DNA of 16,376 bases from positions 1-16,376 of the forward strand of contig JAQTNI010000032.1 of the NCBI GenBank assembly GCA_028713935.1. Reading direction: 5' to 3'. The position numbers and the translations under genes are program-made. The notes under the pieces were generated by a model. The model saw nothing but the letters and a program-made list of their open reading frames with translations. It was not told the DNA's origin and did not search any database. The first letter of the stretch is position 1. Each line of letters starts with the position of its first letter. Source of the stretch: Candidatus Iainarchaeum sp. (lineage in GTDB: Archaea; Iainarchaeota; Iainarchaeia; Iainarchaeales; GCA-2688035). Positions 13,433 to 16,376 of the stretch are shown piece by piece.

Positions 13433-14371
13433 TCAAAAGATTTTTGCAATCCAGGTGTAGTACAGGATAATCATGCCTGCTATAAAAAGCAAATTGTGAA
13501 AGTAAAGGATTTTGTACATTTTTTTCATGTCGCTTTCCTGGGGGTTTCTCAGGGCAGGCTTGTAAAGCGGAATTGAAAATAAAGAGAGAAATCCCAATAA
13601 CAAAAATCTGTGGGGCCAGAAACCAAAAAATCGCAGCCCTGGAAGCCATTGCCAGAAAAAACTGTTAGTGCACAACAACAAATAAGCAATTCCGCCTGCA
13701 AGCAAAACAATATAGCAAATCCAGCGCAATTTTCTTTCAGGAAAACAGACAACGCTGCTCTTGTAATTCATCTGCTTGTCATGCTTTGTAGAGCTGACCC
13801 TGTACAATCCATAACCGCCAAACTGCAATCCAAGAATAAAAATCAATGCAAGGATAGGCGCATTGAATGCGGGAACAAACAATGTCCAGCCGGCATAAAA
13901 CCTGAAAACAGGGTTTACTAGCGAGCCTGAAATCAAATCAAGCACTGGCCTTTTTTTGAAATTAAACGGCTTCATTGTGTAAAGAATCTGGTTTACAAGC
14001 ATTATGAAGAGGCAGAGCAGATACAAAAACGAGCCGTTAATAAAAAACCCGATTGCAAGTGCAATTAAAACCAGTGCAATTGAAAAAACCAAAGCAACTT
14101 TTGCAGGCACCCTGCCAGAAGGAATTGCACGCGCTTTTTTAATCGGGTGCAATGCATCTGCTTTCCTGTCAGTATAATCATTAAGCGCATAAAGCCCGCT
14201 CCAGAGCAATGCAATCCCTGCAAAGCCGATTGCAAATTTTATCGGGTCAAGGGCAATTCCAAAAACAATTCCCGCTGTAATTGCTGCAACAACCATGTTT
14301 GCAAAGCTCTTGCTCCATTCCATTGGCCGCATGAGCGAAACAAGGCCCCTGATAAAAACAAAAAAAGACAT
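13433..14371 (-). CDS. UbiA-family membrane prenyltransferase (divergent)
   Basis: Polytopic membrane protein (about 8 hydrophobic helices) with the first Asp-rich motif LNDYTDRKADALHPIKKARAIPSGRV (NDxxDxxxD...RP/IPSG), typical of UbiA/DGGGP-synthase-type enzymes. The second Asp-rich motif is degenerate, so the substrate cannot be assigned. Confidence 0.7.
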   Translation of the reverse strand: MSFFVFIRGLVSLMRPMEWSKSFANMVVAAITAGIVFGIALDPIKFAIGFAGIALLWSGLYALNDYTDRKADALHPIKKARAIPSGRVPAKVALVFSIALVLIALAIGFFINGSFLYLLCLFIMLVNQILYTMKPFNFKKRPVLDLISGSLVNPVFRFYAGWTLFVPAFNAPILALIFILGLQFGGYGLYRVSSTKHDKQMNYKSSVVCFPERKLRWICYIVLLAGGIAYLLLCTNSFFWQWLPGLRFFGFWPHRFLLLGFLSLFSIPLYKPALRNPQESDMKKMYKILYFHNLLFIAGMIILYYTWIAKIF

Positions 14372-14501
14372 GACAAAATAACAAATCAGGAAAGGATTAA
14401 TAAATATTTTCTTTGAATTATTTAAAAACCGGAAACAAATTCAATTTTTTTCTGGCAGGTTTTGGGAATTTGGACAGCAAAGCTTTTTAAAGACAAGCCC
14501 G

Positions 14502-14522
14502 ATAATAAATAATATAATAATT
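14502..14522 (+). promoter_or_regulatory. A/T-rich TATA-like block, candidate rRNA operon promoter
   Basis: ATAATAAATAATATAATAATT lies about 30-50 nt upstream of the conserved leader stem-loop at 14553 and about 450 nt upstream of the 16S 5' end. Position-based inference only. Confidence 0.3.
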
Positions 14523-14552
14523 GAGCCTAATTGCATTGTGCAAACAATGCAG

Positions 14553-14843
14553 AAACTTTTTCGGAGCGCTCACAATGTTCGCTTCCAAAAAGTTTGCAAA
14601 AAGTGCGAATTTTACCAGCTTTGCTGGGAGCTTAAAAGCTTTTGAATGAGAAAGAAGCATAGGCTTTGCCTTGTGCTTTTATTATCAAAAATCAAAAGCA
14701 ATTATGGCTCGCAATTGTGAGTGCCAAAGTTTTTTTTGGCATGATGCAGGCTGAAAAAATCGCTTTTCATAGGACATTTGGTTACAAGCTTTTCTTTGAA
14801 AAAGAAAAGTTTGCAAAAGAAAGATTTTTGCCAAAGCAAAAAT
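14553..14843 (+). repeat. Composite structured repeat element (leader-type copy 2) in the 16S rRNA leader
   Basis: 14553-14594 is AAACTTTTTCGGAGCGCTCACAATGTTCGCTTCCAAAAAGTTT, a homologue of 10136-10177. 14786-14843 is AAGCTTTTCTTTgaaAAAGAAAAGTTTGCAAAAGAAAGATTTTTGCcaaaGCAAAAAT, with the same hairpin / A-rich spacer / TTTTTGC-hairpin architecture as the intron modules. Confidence 0.55.
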
Positions 14844-14971
14844 AAAAATTTTTGTTCACGCAAAAATCGAAAAGCAAAATTGTGTAATCCAATTCCAATT
14901 AAGGTTTCCAAAACTCTTTTCAGAAAGAACCATCTGAAAATAAGCGGCTAATTTAAAATTTGAAAAGAGTA

Positions 14972-16376
14972 ATTCCAGCTGATCCTGCTGGAGGATACTG
15001 CTATCGAAATCCGACTTAGACATGCAAGTCTTGGAAGCAAGGCCATTCTTGTTTCCGGCAAACGGCTCAGTAACACGTGGACAATCTGCCCTTGAGAGGA
15101 GCAAAACCCGGGAAACTGGGCATAATACTCCGTAGGCAATCGACACTGGAAGGTTTGATTGCCAAAAAGCATTGCAGTGAATGCTATTGCAATGCGCTCA
15201 AGGATGAGTCTGCGGTGGATTAGGCTGTTGGCGGGGTAACTGCCCACCAAACCATTGATCCATACGGGCCTTGGAAGAGGGAGCCCGGAGAAGGACACTG
15301 AGATAAGGGTCCTAGCCCTACGGGGTGCAGCAGTCGCGAAAACTTTACAATGCGCGAAAGCGTGATAGGGGGATTTCGAGTGCAAGTTAAACTTGCTTTT
15401 GCCGAGCCCAAAAAACTCGGCGAATAAGTGGGGGGTAAGATACGTGCCAGCCGCCGCGGTAATACGTACTCCACAAGTGGTATCCGCTAATATTGGGCCT
15501 AAAACGTCTGTAGCCTGTTCAAAAAGTCTTTGGTGAAATCCAGTTGCCCAACAATTGGAATTGCCAAAGATACTCTTGGACTCGGGACCGGGAGAGGTTA
15601 AGGGAATTTCTGGAGTAGCGGTGAAATGCTATGATCCCAGAAAGACCACCAGTAGCGAAGGCGCTTAACCAGAACGGGTCCGACGGTGAGAGACGAAAGC
15701 TGGGGGAGCGACCCGGATTAGATACCCGGTTAGTCCCAGCCGTAAACGATGTGGACTAGGTGTTCCGTCACCCTCGAGGTGCCGGAGTGCCGTAGGGAAG
15801 CCATTAAGTCCACTGCCAGGGAAGTACACTCGCAAGGGTGAAACTTAATGGAATTGGCGGGAGCTCACTACAAGGGGTGGATGCTGCGGTTCAATTGGAT
15901 ACAACCCCAGATAATCTTACCAGAGCCGACAGCAGAATGATGGACAGTCTGAAGGGCTTTCCTGACGCGCTGAGAGGTGTTGTATGGTCATCGTCAGCTC
16001 GTACTATGAAGCGTCCTGTTAACTCAGGCAACGGGCGAGACCCACGCCAATAGTTGCAACCAGGAGAATTTTCTTTTGGGCACTCTATTGGGACTGCGAC
16101 AGCAATGTTGAGGAAGGAGTGGGCCACGGTAGATCTGTATGGCCCGAATGCTTTGGGCAACACGCGGCATACAATGGCTAAGACAAAGGGTCACGACACC
16201 GAAAGGTGAAGTTAATCTCATAACCTTAGCCTCAGTTCGGATCGAGGGTTGTAACTCACCCTCGTGAATGCCTGGAATCCCCAGTAATTGCAGTTCATTA
16301 TACTGCGGTGAATACGTCCCTGAGCTTTGCACACACCGCCCATCAAGCCAGTTGAGTAGAGCCTGGATGAGATGTT
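14972..16376 (+). rRNA. rrs: 16S rRNA, archaeal type, 5' about 1400 nt (3' end beyond the window)
   Basis: 5' end ATTCCAGCTGATCCTGCTGGAGG (archaeal helix 1 with compensatory changes). GTGCCAGCCGCCGCGGTAATAC at 15444. GGATTAGATACCCGGTTAGTCC at about 15716. AAACTTAATGGAATTGGCGGG at 15841. TTGCACACACCGCCCATCA at 16327-16345. No large insertions detected relative to the usual spacing of these landmarks. Confidence 0.97.

Noticed and set aside
13038-13649. ORFs 13038-13370 (minus), 13153-13449 (minus), 13178-13576 (plus), 13248-13460 (plus) and 13419-13649 (minus)
   Set aside because: They overlap rpl41e, the repeat element and the UbiA gene in other frames. The products are low complexity.
14741-14754. 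C/D-box-like ATGATGC...CTGA in the 16S leader
   Set aside because: The C-like box has a mismatch at the last position and sits only 3 nt from the CTGA. There are no C'/D' boxes and no terminal stem, so this is not a credible C/D sRNA.
14948-16332. Six ORFs on both strands inside 14948-16332
   Set aside because: They lie inside the 16S rRNA gene.
1-16376. CRISPR array, or transposase/integrase-type mobile elements
   Set aside because: The repeats found are imperfect, differently sized and not regularly spaced with unique spacers. No cas, transposase or integrase-like ORFs were seen.

Overview
AT-rich (about 35-38% GC by eye) archaeal chromosomal segment, probably from a DPANN-type small-genome archaeon. 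Support: an archaeal-type but divergent 16S rRNA 5' end, two tRNAs with anticodon-loop (37/38) introns, a ribosomal protein L41e gene, many apparently leaderless genes with TATA-like boxes about 25-30 nt upstream, and a few strong GGAGGT-type Shine-Dalgarno sites. Recognisable genes are a class I/II aminotransferase (runs off the left edge and is absent from the ORF track), a ThiI-like PP-loop ATPase, a DedA membrane protein, Fe/Mn superoxide dismutase, tRNA-Ser(GCU), tRNA-Leu(CAA), rpl41e (unlisted, 43 codons), a UbiA-family prenyltransferase and a partial 16S rRNA. The rest are orphans: a minus-strand block of two coiled-coil proteins plus a lipoprotein with about 13 tandem Cys-pair repeats; a roughly 50% GC island encoding a twin-CX3C secreted peptide and a 326-aa orphan; a pilin-like small protein; and an EF-Tu-domain-2-like small protein. 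The most unusual signal is non-coding. A modular, hairpin-rich repeat family fills both unusually long tRNA introns (163 and 152 nt). It recurs immediately after the rpl41e stop codon, in the region upstream of the CDS/tRNA-Leu unit, and in the 16S rRNA leader. All product calls come from reading motifs by eye; no database search was run.
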